Assembly: GCA_963823035.1 (NCBI GenBank)
Contig: CAWGKG010000018.1
Coordinates: 529,823 to 593,822 of the forward strand
Direction: 5' to 3'
From: an uncultured Gemmatimonadales bacterium
GTDB taxonomy: Bacteria > Gemmatimonadota > Gemmatimonadetes > Longimicrobiales > Gaopeijiaceae
Length of the DNA stretch: 64,000 bases
Part shown: positions 11,571 through 21,747 of the stretch, piece by piece
Position numbering within the stretch: the first letter of the stretch is position 1
Layout of the letters: the number at the start of each line of letters is the position of its first letter
The notes under the pieces: model-generated
Told to the model about the DNA's origin: nothing
The model's input: the letters and a program-made list of their open reading frames with translations, nothing else
The model's database searches: none
Made by a program: the position numbers and the translations under genes

Positions 11571-14354
11571 TCAGAAGATGACCTGGAAGCCGAGGTTGAA
11601 CGTGCGCGGCAGCCCGAGGTAGACCTCGGCGGACATCGCGTCGTGGCCGCGATCGGCCGCGCACGACCTGCCGTCGTTGTCCGCGCAGTTGAAGTAGCCG
11701 TTGAAGCTCGAGTTGTCGGTGGCGTCCTGGATGTAGAGGTTGTCGAAGAGGTTCAGGACGCTTCCGAAGAGCCGGACGTCTCCGCCCCGCCACGCCGGGA
11801 TCAGATCGTTGATCCGGTACGAGGCGTGCAGGTCGAAGATCGAGTAGCTGGGCGTCTTCCACGACTGCTGCCCATCCCCCGCCACCGTCCTGCCGAAGGG
11901 ATCGAACTGCGCGTAGTAGTTGAAGTTGCTCCGACCCTGGAGCTGGAGGTAGAGCCCCTCCACCGGGTAGAGCGACGCCGCGTAGGCGAACTGCGTCTGC
12001 GGCTGGTCGGAGACCTTCAGGTCCTTGATGTAGAAGGCGTAGTCGGTCGACGTCTGCCGGTCGCCCGCCACGGCGCGGCCGGTCGCGTCGTTCATGTACC
12101 ACCAGTCGCCGAACGACGCCGCGACGTCGAAGCGGAGCAGGTCCAGCGGCTGGTAGGCACCCTGAAGCTCCAGGCCCATGTGGCGCTCGTCCACGCCCAG
12201 GATGTTGGCCTGCAATTCGAGCTGCGGATCGTAGATCGTCTTCGTCTGATCCCGCCACGTCGTGTGGTACACGTTCACGTCGAAGGACAGGCCGCGGTCC
12301 ATCGAGCGGAAGCTGGCGCCCGCCTCGAACGAGAGGAACGTCTCGTTCTTCGGATTCTCGTTCAGGCGCCCGATCACGTCGTCGATCACGCCGTCGAGGA
12401 TCGGCACCTTGGACACGTAGCCTGCGTTGCCGAAGATCGACCACTCGTTGTTGAGGTTCCGGTTGACGCCGCCCTTCACCTGATAGCCGCCGATGTTGCC
12501 GCTCTCGAGCTTCAGCTCCCCGTTGGTGACGGGGTCCTGCTTGAAGTGGTCGGTGAAGTGGTAGGCGTTCTGCGCCCAGCCGAACATCCCGTAGAGGGAG
12601 CCGTCCTGGTTCGACCGCTCCAACTGCAGGTAGGCGCCGAGCCAGTCGACCTTGTTCGTGTTGTAGTAGTCGATCTTGTCGCCGAACGTCGCGTTGCGCG
12701 GGCCGGTGAAGGCGTTCCTCGAGTCCGTGTAGTACGCGCCTCCGAGGAGGTCACGCACGTCGCGGAAGTGGTCGATCGAGGCCTTGCGCCAGTCGATCCC
12801 GATCTCCGCCGTCACGTCCGACGCGAAGTCCTTCCGCAGCTTCGAGATCGTGCCGATCGTCCACTGGTTGTTGACCGAGCTGCGCAGGATGCCGGTGGAG
12901 CCCGTGGTGCTGGCCTGGTTGCGCGCGATGGTGGCGTCCCAGTTGGCGAAGCGCTGCGTGTACCCGTAGTCCCAGACGAGGGAGCCGATCGTGCCCGAGC
13001 CGCCGCCCCGACCGCCGGAGTAGTATCCCACCGTCGTCCACGACAGGCCGTTCCCGAAGTACGCGTAGTAGTTCAGGTTGGCTTGCGGCTTGTGGAAGTA
13101 GTTCTCGCGCTCGTTGAGGTAGTTGCTACCGTAGCGCTTGAACTCGCCCGTCTTGGGTCCCGTGCTCGAGTACTGCAGCCCCGAGTACGACGCGCTCACG
13201 GGCGCGACGTTCGGGCTCCAGAAGCGCCCTGCCTCCGGGAACTTGTCGAGCGCCGCCTGGCTGAATCCCAGCTCGCTCGCGTACTGGTGGCTCATCGTCG
13301 CCACGTTCAGCTTGTACAGGTTCTGGCCGTGCGCCTGTGGGGCGCCCACCGCGTAGAACTCGATGCGGTTCTTGCTGTTGATCTGGTAGGCGGCGGCCAG
13401 GTAGTAGGACCACGCGTCCGTGTAGGTGGCCAGACCGAAGTCCGTGCTCGACGTGCGCTCGGTGCCCGTGTAGCCCCACAGGCCGTCGCCGGTCTTGCGT
13501 GCCACCGAAGCCGTGAGCGCGAAGCCGTCGTGCTCGCCCGTGTTGAGCGTGAAGGTCTCCTTCAGGAAGCTCCCCGACCCGAACTCCTGCTTGTAGGAGA
13601 GGCCCGGCGCCTGCGCGGAGGGATCCGTGATGATGTTCATCGTCCCGCCGATGGACGGCGTCGCGAGGTTCACCGCGGAGAGACCCCGCTGCAGCTGGAT
13701 GGACGTGGCCGCGTCGCCGAGCCCGTCCCAGTTGGACCAGTAGACCCACCCGTTCTCCATGTCGTTCACGGGCACGCCGTTGACCATCACGGCGGTGTTG
13801 CGCTGGCTGAACCCGCGCACGTTGATGCGCGCATCACCGGCGCCGCCGCCCTGCATCGTCGCGTACACGCTGGGCGTGACGTTGAGGACCATGGGGAGGT
13901 CCTGCGAGGCGAGCTGGTTCTGGATCTGGACCTTCGGCACGTTCGAGTACGCGACCGGCGTCTTGCGCTCGACGGCGCGCGTGGCGAACACCTCGATGGC
14001 GTCGATCGCGACCGCTTCCTGCGACAGCCGGAAGTCGATCGTGCGGGTCTGGCCGCTCGTGAGCGTGACGTCCTCCACGACCTGGACGCCGTAGCCGATC
14101 ATCCGGGCCTCGACGCGGTACGGGCCACCTGCGCGCAGCCCCATGACCGCATAGCGGCCGTCGGGCTGGCTCAGGGCGCCGTTCTGGCTCCCCGAGTTCT
14201 GATTCGTCACCACGACCTGGACCCCGGAGAGCGCCGCCCCGTTCTCGTCCAACACGCGCCCGTTCAGGGTCGCGGTGGACTGGGCAGCGAGATCTCCCGT
14301 CACGGCCAGGGCTGCGGCAACGGCCAACCATCGTACACCGTTGCTGAGTCGCAT
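11571..14354 (-). CDS. TonB-dependent receptor with N-terminal carboxypeptidase-regulatory-like domain
   Basis: GGAGG RBS then MRLSNGVRWL signal peptide; plug motif INVRGF...VMVNGVPVND; C-terminal PRTFNLGFQVIF. Confidence 0.92.
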   Translation of the reverse strand: MRLSNGVRWLAVAAALAVTGDLAAQSTATLNGRVLDENGAALSGVQVVVTNQNSGSQNGALSQPDGRYAVMGLRAGGPYRVEARMIGYGVQVVEDVTLTSGQTRTIDFRLSQEAVAIDAIEVFATRAVERKTPVAYSNVPKVQIQNQLASQDLPMVLNVTPSVYATMQGGGAGDARINVRGFSQRNTAVMVNGVPVNDMENGWVYWSNWDGLGDAATSIQLQRGLSAVNLATPSIGGTMNIITDPSAQAPGLSYKQEFGSGSFLKETFTLNTGEHDGFALTASVARKTGDGLWGYTGTERTSSTDFGLATYTDAWSYYLAAAYQINSKNRIEFYAVGAPQAHGQNLYKLNVATMSHQYASELGFSQAALDKFPEAGRFWSPNVAPVSASYSGLQYSSTGPKTGEFKRYGSNYLNERENYFHKPQANLNYYAYFGNGLSWTTVGYYSGGRGGGSGTIGSLVWDYGYTQRFANWDATIARNQASTTGSTGILRSSVNNQWTIGTISKLRKDFASDVTAEIGIDWRKASIDHFRDVRDLLGGAYYTDSRNAFTGPRNATFGDKIDYYNTNKVDWLGAYLQLERSNQDGSLYGMFGWAQNAYHFTDHFKQDPVTNGELKLESGNIGGYQVKGGVNRNLNNEWSIFGNAGYVSKVPILDGVIDDVIGRLNENPKNETFLSFEAGASFRSMDRGLSFDVNVYHTTWRDQTKTIYDPQLELQANILGVDERHMGLELQGAYQPLDLLRFDVAASFGDWWYMNDATGRAVAGDRQTSTDYAFYIKDLKVSDQPQTQFAYAASLYPVEGLYLQLQGRSNFNYYAQFDPFGRTVAGDGQQSWKTPSYSIFDLHASYRINDLIPAWRGGDVRLFGSVLNLFDNLYIQDATDNSSFNGYFNCADNDGRSCAADRGHDAMSAEVYLGLPRTFNLGFQVIF

Positions 14355-14844
14355 GGATGGTCCTCCAAGAGTGATTCGGCGGGATGAAACGACCCCGGGG
14401 GAGCCCCCCTGGAATCGTGGGTTCAAGTCTAGCCTGCGCCGGACGAATGGAAAGCGATCTTCCGGGCACGAACGCGTAACTGGCCACGGCCTTGTAGGGG
14501 ATTCCCCGACTTCCACCGCGGAGTCCGCATCGGAGGCGTTGTGCTGCACGCCTTTTGGCGGACCGCCGCCGTGGCGAGGAACATCTGTGTACGATGTTGT
14601 CTGAGCAACACTTCGGCCCGTTGCGACGACGCCGCGGTTTCAAGCCCCACGAACCCGACCGGTGGAGGTAACCGCCGGCGTCCCGAAGCCGGGCTGCAAC
14701 CAACCGGGCGCTCGCACCGTCGAAGGAGTCACGGGAGGCCGGGCGAGCGGGCCTCCCGCCACCCTGCAACTTCCCGCCCGTCGGGTCCGTAGGGTGGACG
14801 TGAGTGCCGAAAACGGCGAGCAGAACCTCAACCCACCGTCGACC

Positions 14845-15156
14845 ATGTCGCCGAAGAAGACCATCCTCCGTGAGCTGACCCGGACCCACGAGAACAGCGG
14901 CGGCGCGGGACACGCGCGGCCCGCGAGCATTCCCGGCTTCTCGCAGCAGCCCGAAAAGTACCAGAAGGCGGTGAACGAGCTCCTGCAGGCGCGCCTCATC
15001 GAGGGCCGCAAGGACGAGGCCGGGCACATGACGATCGCCGTCAACGCCCACCGCCTCCCCGACGTGCGCCGTGAGTTGCGCCCTGTATGGAGCCATCCGG
15101 CCGTCTGGTCGGTGGTACTGCTGGCTGCGGTGATGGGCGTCGTCTTCATGATGTAG
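14845..15156 (+). CDS. Hypothetical protein (possible wHTH plus C-terminal TM helix)
   Basis: Host-like codon usage from MSPKKTIL; hydrophobic C-terminus. Confidence 0.65.
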   Translation: MSPKKTILRELTRTHENSGGAGHARPASIPGFSQQPEKYQKAVNELLQARLIEGRKDEAGHMTIAVNAHRLPDVRRELRPVWSHPAVWSVVLLAAVMGVVFMM

Positions 15157-15166
15157 GGCGGGGCTG

Positions 15167-15568
15167 CTAGCCCGTGGGCGTCTCCCCTCTGCGCATCTCG
15201 AAGGCGCGCACGATCACGTACGCCAACAGGGCGAAGACGAAGAAGACCAGCAGCATCCAGGTGATCGCGCCCAGGCTGCCGATGGCCGTCGAGTAGACCT
15301 CCATGAGCCACCGCTCGCGCGTCAGATCCAGCACCTGCCCCTCCGGCTCCGAAGGCGACAGGTACCGGTCGATGCGGCGCACGTCCACGCCGCCGGCGAG
15401 GCCCACGACGTACATCGCGAAGACCAGATACCGCACCCAGGCCCCACTGATGCGATCCGGTACGATGCGCTCCATGATCCGGCGAAGCGGCCGGGTGAAG
15501 AGGAGCGCCGCGAGCGTGCTCACCGCCAGGCAGATGAGCAGCGTGACCCCGAGCAGGCCGATGATCAT
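15167..15568 (-). CDS. Hypothetical membrane protein
   Basis: GGAGG RBS; three hydrophobic segments. Confidence 0.75.
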   Translation of the reverse strand: MIIGLLGVTLLICLAVSTLAALLFTRPLRRIMERIVPDRISGAWVRYLVFAMYVVGLAGGVDVRRIDRYLSPSEPEGQVLDLTRERWLMEVYSTAIGSLGAITWMLLVFFVFALLAYVIVRAFEMRRGETPTG

Positions 15569-15712
15569 GACCGCCTCCCGTGGTGGAAGACGCCGGTCCG
15601 CGCGTTGCGCACCGGCCGACCCGCCAGCGCCGAATCATGCCGCCGCGCGGACCCCCCGGCAATGCGCGTCGGTCGACTCCCGGCGGCCGGCCAGGCCGCA
15701 CCTAGGGCGCTC

Positions 15713-16229
15713 CTACCGGAGGACGTCGCGGAGGGCCGCCTGCCAGACCTCCCGCAGGTCCGCATAGCGCCAACGCGCGTTCGCCGCGCTCGTCGAGGGG
15801 AGCGCGACGATCTCCACCCTCGTCCGGACGCCTACCTGGAGGGAGGGTCCGACGTGCTCGTGGAAGGCGCGCTCGGCGGTTCGCCCGTTCAACAGGACGC
15901 GGCGGATGGAGCCGTGGTCCTCGAGGAACCCGGCCAGCTCGTTGGGGATCTCGGTATCGCGCTCGATCGCGGCGTCGAGGCTGCCGACCCGGAGGCAGTG
16001 CTTCAGCACGTCCCAGAGGGCGACGCCGCGGTCGGCCAGGGCCGCGGCGCGCGCGTCCCAGGGCGCATCGGGCGGAAGGCCCACGATGTCCGACATCAGC
16101 CGCCAGAAGCGGTTGGAGGGCTGCGCGTAGTATCGCCCCTCACGAAGGGAGCGCTCGCTCGGCATCGAGCCGAGGATCAGCACGGTCGGCTCGTCTCCCA
16201 CCAGCGGGTGCGAACCCCGTCAGGAGCAT
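15713..16229 (-). CDS. DNA-deoxyinosine (hypoxanthine) glycosylase, UDG family 6 (frameshift near 16207)
   Basis: LILGSMPS..SL...YYA.PSNRFW and LPSTSAAN; removing one C joins the ATG at 16229 (MLLTGFAP) to LVGDEP. Confidence 0.85.
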
Positions 16230-16252
16230 GCCGGCTCCCGGCCTCCGCCCGC

Positions 16253-17309
16253 CTACGGCTCCGCCCCCGCGTCCGGGGCGGGCCCCTTCCCCTCGTCGCG
16301 ATAGCGGGAGAGCAGCTCCTCGAGACGGCCGATGGCCGTGCCGGCACCGTGCATCTCCTCGAGCCACTGCCGGTGTTCGAGGGAAAGCTGCTCGTGCACC
16401 GCCTGCACGAACTCCGCCATGACCTCGGCGTGGCCGCCGGCCACCGCCATGCGCACCTCGTCGAGCCGCTCGTAGATGCGGTCGAGCGCGAGTCGTGTGC
16501 GGCCGTAGCGCTCCGCGTTCCGCCGGTTCTGCGCGGTCGCCTCCTCGTTCGCGACCATGGCTCCCCACGCCTGCCCCACGAGCCCCACGGCGGCGAGCGA
16601 GGTCCACGCCGGATTCACCATCCCGATGCCCGCCAGCCCCGTGGCCATGCTCCCCCCCGCCACGCCCAGCGTGCTCCGGCCCAGGGCACGGTCCGCGGCA
16701 CGGCGGTGATCGCCTGCGCGCCCGCCGTAGTACGCCCGCTGCACGTCCAGCTGGTAGCGGCGGAAGTACTCCAGCAAGAGGTTCGGGTCCGCGGCGCCGC
16801 CACGTTCCGTCACGATGTCGAAGTATCGGAAGCGCGCGGTCTCCGCCTCGGCGCGGGCCGTCATCCAGCGCTCGAGCAGCTGGCCCTGCTTGACGCGTTG
16901 GATCCACATCGTGGCCAGCCCCCCGGCGACGACCGCCCCCACGGCGGCCGCGAGGATGAGCCATCTGCCGACCGTGGGCGCCGTGCCGCTCAAGCTCCCT
17001 CCGACCAGCAGGAGCGCGGAAGCGATCCCCGCCCAGGAAGACGGCGGATCGAGCCCGCGACGAGATCGTGTTGAAGGAGCGCTGGTCCTCGATGGCGCGC
17101 GCGTTGCGCGCCTCGAAGCGCTCGGCGACGACCACCACCGCGGAGCTTCGAAGCACGGCGGCCAGGTCGGGGGCCGCGTCGCCGTAGCGCTGCGCGTGCG
17201 CGGTGGGGGTGATCACCCAGTCCTGCGCCTCGGCGGAGCCGATGACTTGGATGGCCTCTTGAATCGCCGCCTCCCGCGAGGGTGCGGCGCGGTCGCCGGG
17301 GTCGGGCAT
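16253..17309 (-). CDS. Tandem SLATT/DUF4231-like membrane protein (frameshift near 17030)
   Basis: Two TM hairpins, each followed by helical motifs (W..ARAEAE..R; Q..YY; RYG...V...E..LSLEH..W) typical of SLATT domains; GAGGAG RBS before the ATG at 17309. Confidence 0.6.
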
Positions 17310-17509
17310 TCGGCTCCTCACGATTCGTGGATCGCGTCGCGGGCATCATCGTGGGCCTCCTGCCGATGGAGCAAGGGGGAGGGCCACCCGGGTGCCTCCC
17401 GGCGCGCCTCCGATCGGTCGCCGGCGTCCCGTGTTGAAGTGGCTCGCCTTGTCCGCCTCCATGTCGGCGCGCGAGGAGGGGTACGCCGCCTTGCAGAACT
17501 ATGTAAACA

Positions 17510-17535
17510 CGATATATCATATTGCGATATATCAT
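17510..17535. promoter_or_regulatory. Putative PadR operator
   Basis: CGATATATCAT repeated at 17510 and 17525; AT-rich dyad just upstream of the padR gene. Confidence 0.6.
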
Positions 17536-17562
17536 GGCCCTGTCACACGGACGCTCCCGACG

Positions 17563-17925
17563 ATGCCCAACGCCCGCCCCACCACCAAGCCCATCGCCGG
17601 CACCTTCTTCTACATCCTCCTGGCCCTGACCGACCGCCCGCGCTACGGCCTCGGCATCGCCGAGGAGGTTGCCAGGCGCACGGGAGGCGGCGGGGGCGAC
17701 GAGATCCGCATGGGACCGGGCACCCTCTACCATGCCATCAAGAAGATGCTGGAGGAGGGACTCATCGAAGAGTGCGACGCGCCGGCCGGCGGTGAGGAGT
17801 CGGACCCGCGTCGGCGCTACTATCGCATCACGCGTCCGGGGCGCGACAGCCTGGCCGCCGAGGCCGCGCGCCTCGATCAACTCGTTCGGGCGGCGCGCGA
17901 CAAGCACGTCCTCCCCGCTTCGTGA
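17563..17925 (+). CDS. PadR-family transcriptional regulator
   Basis: FYILLAL...YG..I, GPGTLY..IKKML..GLI, RRRYYRIT..G. Confidence 0.9.
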   Translation: MPNARPTTKPIAGTFFYILLALTDRPRYGLGIAEEVARRTGGGGGDEIRMGPGTLYHAIKKMLEEGLIEECDAPAGGEESDPRRRYYRITRPGRDSLAAEAARLDQLVRAARDKHVLPAS

Positions 17926-17962
17926 ACGGCCCCGACCGGCCCGACGGGCGGGAGTCTCGCCC

Positions 17963-20614
17963 ATGAACCTCCTGCCGCGCCTCCTCCTCCGTCTCTACCC
18001 TTCGAGCTTTCGCCGCCGCTTCGAGCCCGAGTGGTTCGAGATCGTCGCGTGGCATCGCCGCGCCCTCGAAGACACGCGTTTCGCGGGCGTCCGCCTGGCA
18101 TGGGTCCTCCTCGCGGATACGATGAGGACCCTTCCCGCGGCATACGCGTCCGCGCTGTTCGGACGGGACGGGGGAGGGAGGCCGCCGCTCCGTCACGCGC
18201 TCAGGGCCCTTCGACGCCATCCGACCTTCACCGGGGCGGCGGTGCTCTCCATCGCCCTGGGCATCGGCGCGAACACGGCGACGTTCAGCGTCGTGAACGC
18301 GGTCCTGCTCCGCCCCCTTCCCTACGCGCAGCCCGACCGGCTCGCCATCGTGTGGAACGAGTTCCCCGGGTCGGGGATGGCTCGCCTGCCGCTCTCGGGC
18401 GTCGAGGTGGAGTCCCTGCGTCAGGAACCGGATCTCTTCACCGGCGTCGAGGGGATCTGGGCGACGTCGGCGACGGTCCTCGATCGAGAGGGTCGCGTCG
18501 CGCAGATCTCCACGGGCAACGTCACGCCCGGCTTCTTCGCGCTCCTGGGGGTCGACCCCGCTCTGGGTCGCTCGTTCGCGCGGGACGGCTCCGAGGGGCC
18601 CGTGCCGCAGGGGGTGGTCCTCAGCGACGAGGCCTGGCGCGCGCGCTACGGCGCGGACCCCACCCTGGTGGGCAGAACGATCGAGCTGAACGGCCGGCCG
18701 GTCGCCGTCATCGGCGTGCTGCCGAGGGGCTTCAAGCTCTTCTTCCCGGAGGACGGCGCCATCCCGGTCCGGCTCGACGCCTACACCGCGCTCCCCTGGG
18801 ACCTGACGCGACTCCCCCCGGCGCAGCAGTTCCTGCGCGTGGTGGGTCGGCTCCGCCCCGACGTCGATCCGGCGCGGGCTTCGGCGGGCGTTCTGGCGGC
18901 CGCGGAGCGGGCGCGGGCCACGTATCCCGAGCTCCAGGCGACCGGCGATCGATTCACGGTGTGGCCTCTCCAGGGCGACGCGGTGCGCTCCGCGCGCCCG
19001 GTCCTCCTGGCGCTCCTCGCCGCCGTGGGCCTCTTCCTCCTGCTGGCCGCGGCCAACGTGGCGAGTCTGGTCCTGGCCCGCACGCTGTCCCGGACCCGGG
19101 AGCTGGCCGTGCGCGCCTCCCTCGGTGCGTCCCGCGCGGCCCTGGCGCGGCTGGTCGCCATGGAGAGCCTCCTGGTCACCGGCGCCGGGGCCCTCCTCGG
19201 TGCCTGGCTCGGGCGCGTGGGGGCAGGTGTCCTCTGGGCGCTCCGGCCCGAGGGCCTGGCCCGGGCGGACATGGCCCCGCTCGACGGTCGCGTGCTCGCC
19301 TTCACGGTGGGCGTGTCGATTCTGGCCGGCCTGGCCTTCGCGCTCGTGTCCCTGGCGGCGGTGCGCAGCATGGACGCCGCGTTGGGCTTCCGCGGCGGTA
19401 CGGCCCCCGGCGGGCGCTGGGGTCGGCGGGTGCGGGAGTGGATCACCGCCGGTGAGGTGGCCATCGGGCTGGTGCTGGTGGCGGGTTCGGCGCTCATGGT
19501 GCGGAGCGTGGCGAGCCTCGGCCGCGAGAGCATCGGCTTCGACCCCGCCGGGGCGCTCACCTTCAAGGTCGCCCTCGACCTGCAGCGCTTCCCCGCCGAC
19601 TCGACCCGGGCCTACCTGGCCGACGAGATGGTGCGCCGCATCTCGGCCGTGCCGGGGGTGTCGGCGGTGGGGGCGACATCCCACCTGCCCTTCGCGACGT
19701 GGGCGAACTGGGCCGAAGCCGCGCCGCCCGACGGAACGCCGGAGGCCGATCGCGCGGAGTACTTCGCCGATCTGCGCTCCACCACGCACGGGTATCTCGC
19801 GGCCGTCGGAGCGGAGCTGGTGTCCGGACGCTTCTTCGACGACCGCGACGACGCCCGCGGTGATCCCGTGGTCATCCTGGACGAGACCATGGCGCGCCGG
19901 CTCTTCCCCGGCGAGGCCGCCGTGGGCCGCCGCGTGTCGCCGAGCCGCTACCACGCCCACCAGTTCGAGGTCACGCCCGCCACGGTGGTGGGCGTCGTGC
20001 GCGACATCCGAGACCGTACGCCGTCTCGACCCTCCACCGGGCAGGTGTTCTGGCCCTTCGCCCAGAGCGCTCGCTGGGAATTGACCTTCTTCGTACGGAC
20101 CCAGGGCGATCCCGCCTCCCTCGCCGATGCGGTGCGCCGCGCCGTGGCCGCCGTCGATCCGCGCCTCGACATCGCCGCGGTCGCGCCCATGTCCCAACAC
20201 GTCCGCAGGGCCACGGCCCTCACGCGATTCCTCGCGCTGGTGGGCTCGGTGTTCAGCGCGCTCGCGTTGGTCATGGCCGCGGTGGGCCTCTACGGGGTCG
20301 TTGCGTTCGTCACGGCACAGCGCACGCACGAGCTGGGCCTGCGCTCCGTGTTGGGCGCGACCCGCCGCGAGCTTCTCCGGGACGTCCTGGGCCACGGCCT
20401 CAGGGTCGGCGCCGCCGGGGTGGGAGCCGGGCTCCTGGCCGCGCTCGCCCTTACCCGTTTCCTCGGGGGCCTGGTGTACGGCGTGAGCCCCCACGATCCG
20501 GCCACCCTCGCGGCGGTGGGCGCGCTCCTGCTCGCCGTATCGCTCCTCGCCAGCCTCGTGCCGGCGCGCCGGGCCACGCGGGTGGACCCCATGACCGCGC
20601 TCCGTGAGGTGTGA
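17963..20614 (+). CDS. ADOP-family duplicated ABC (MacB/FtsX) permease
   Basis: ALGIGANTATFSVVNAVLLRPLPY, RELAVRASLGA, GLYGVVAF..QRTHELG, PARRATRVDPM; paired with PadR. Confidence 0.92.
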   Translation: MNLLPRLLLRLYPSSFRRRFEPEWFEIVAWHRRALEDTRFAGVRLAWVLLADTMRTLPAAYASALFGRDGGGRPPLRHALRALRRHPTFTGAAVLSIALGIGANTATFSVVNAVLLRPLPYAQPDRLAIVWNEFPGSGMARLPLSGVEVESLRQEPDLFTGVEGIWATSATVLDREGRVAQISTGNVTPGFFALLGVDPALGRSFARDGSEGPVPQGVVLSDEAWRARYGADPTLVGRTIELNGRPVAVIGVLPRGFKLFFPEDGAIPVRLDAYTALPWDLTRLPPAQQFLRVVGRLRPDVDPARASAGVLAAAERARATYPELQATGDRFTVWPLQGDAVRSARPVLLALLAAVGLFLLLAAANVASLVLARTLSRTRELAVRASLGASRAALARLVAMESLLVTGAGALLGAWLGRVGAGVLWALRPEGLARADMAPLDGRVLAFTVGVSILAGLAFALVSLAAVRSMDAALGFRGGTAPGGRWGRRVREWITAGEVAIGLVLVAGSALMVRSVASLGRESIGFDPAGALTFKVALDLQRFPADSTRAYLADEMVRRISAVPGVSAVGATSHLPFATWANWAEAAPPDGTPEADRAEYFADLRSTTHGYLAAVGAELVSGRFFDDRDDARGDPVVILDETMARRLFPGEAAVGRRVSPSRYHAHQFEVTPATVVGVVRDIRDRTPSRPSTGQVFWPFAQSARWELTFFVRTQGDPASLADAVRRAVAAVDPRLDIAAVAPMSQHVRRATALTRFLALVGSVFSALALVMAAVGLYGVVAFVTAQRTHELGLRSVLGATRRELLRDVLGHGLRVGAAGVGAGLLAALALTRFLGGLVYGVSPHDPATLAAVGALLLAVSLLASLVPARRATRVDPMTALREV

Positions 20615-20658
20615 GGGGACGTCGGTCACGGTGGCGGAGGTCGACGGAGCGGGTCGGC

Positions 20659-21747
20659 TCAGCGCGGGCTCGCGATCACCGCCGCGAGCGAGGACGGCAG
20701 CTCGATGAACGCCGGCGACGAGAAGCCCGTCTCCACCAGCAATCCGTCCAGCTCCGCGGCGGTGCGGTGGCGTCCCCCCAGCATCACGAGCAGGGCGAGA
20801 TCCGCCGACTTCGCCGACGAAGGGGCATCGCCCGGCGGCAGGATCGCCGTCAGGATCACGAGGCGACCCCGTCCTTCCATCGCCCGATGGATCGACCGGA
20901 GCAGCGCGCGCGCCATGTCGTCGTTCCAGTCGTGCAGCGCGCGCTTCAGCACGTAGAGGTCGCCGCCGCCGGGAACGGCCGCGAACATGTCGCCGGCCAC
21001 GATCTCACAGCGGTCGGCGACGCCGGCGCGGACCATCACCTCTTCGGCGTCCCGCACGATGCCGGGGAGGTCGAACAGCGTGCCGTGCGTGTCCGGATGC
21101 GCCGCGAGCAGGGCGGCCAGAAAACCGCCTTCGCCTCCCGCGACGTCCACGATCCGCGATGCGCCGGAGAAGATCGGGTGGCCGGCGAGCGCCGCCGAAT
21201 CCGCACGGGAGACCTGCGTCATCCGGGCGCGCGTCTGCTCGTAGTGGCGCCACGGCGACTCGCCCCACACGCGCTCGTACGCGGGCTGGCCGCTGCGGAC
21301 GGTGTGCGCGACTTCGCCCCACGCACGCCATTCGCGCTCGCCACCCTGCTGCCGGACGATCTCGCGAACCGAATCCGGCGCGTCGCTGCGCAGCGCATTC
21401 GAGAACGGCGTGTGCTCGAACACGCGCGGCTCGGTCTCCGAGAAGATCCCCGTGGAGGCGAGGACCCGCAGGACGCGATAGAGGCTGTCGGGATCGGCGG
21501 CGACGGCGGCCGCGATCGCCTCGACGGGCACGGCGCGCCTGGACGCATCCGTGTCACGACCGAGGTCGGACGCCGCTTCCGCGACATCGGCGGCGCCCGG
21601 CCGCCACGGCGCGAGGTGGTCCGCCACACCAAGCTCGGCGGTGACCCACAGCGCGCGCTCCACGCGGATCATCGACGAGATGCCGACGAGCAGAGCTGCG
21701 GGGGACGACTCCGGCGAGTCGGCCGCGGCCTCCGCGCGATCGCTCAT
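20659..21747 (-). CDS. O-methyltransferase (Methyltransf_2, with dimerisation domain)
   Basis: ELGVAD, LYRVLRVLAS.GIF, IVDVAGGEG, LFDLP, GDMF..VP, LKRALHDWND; ATGA overlap with the upstream gene. Confidence 0.88.
   Translation of the reverse strand: MSDRAEAAADSPESSPAALLVGISSMIRVERALWVTAELGVADHLAPWRPGAADVAEAASDLGRDTDASRRAVPVEAIAAAVAADPDSLYRVLRVLASTGIFSETEPRVFEHTPFSNALRSDAPDSVREIVRQQGGEREWRAWGEVAHTVRSGQPAYERVWGESPWRHYEQTRARMTQVSRADSAALAGHPIFSGASRIVDVAGGEGGFLAALLAAHPDTHGTLFDLPGIVRDAEEVMVRAGVADRCEIVAGDMFAAVPGGGDLYVLKRALHDWNDDMARALLRSIHRAMEGRGRLVILTAILPPGDAPSSAKSADLALLVMLGGRHRTAAELDGLLVETGFSSPAFIELPSSLAAVIASPR

Noticed and set aside
14355..14660. Cobalamin riboswitch upstream of the TonB receptor
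   Set aside because: Core GGGAA..GGTG.AA.TCC and GC.ACTG elements not found on the minus strand
17828..20629. Long antisense/alternative-frame ORFs (e.g. 17828..20629 -, 11559..14387 +, 38167..41493 +, 49941..52892 -)
   Set aside because: Shadows of real genes in high-GC DNA; Arg/Gly/Pro-rich translations without motifs
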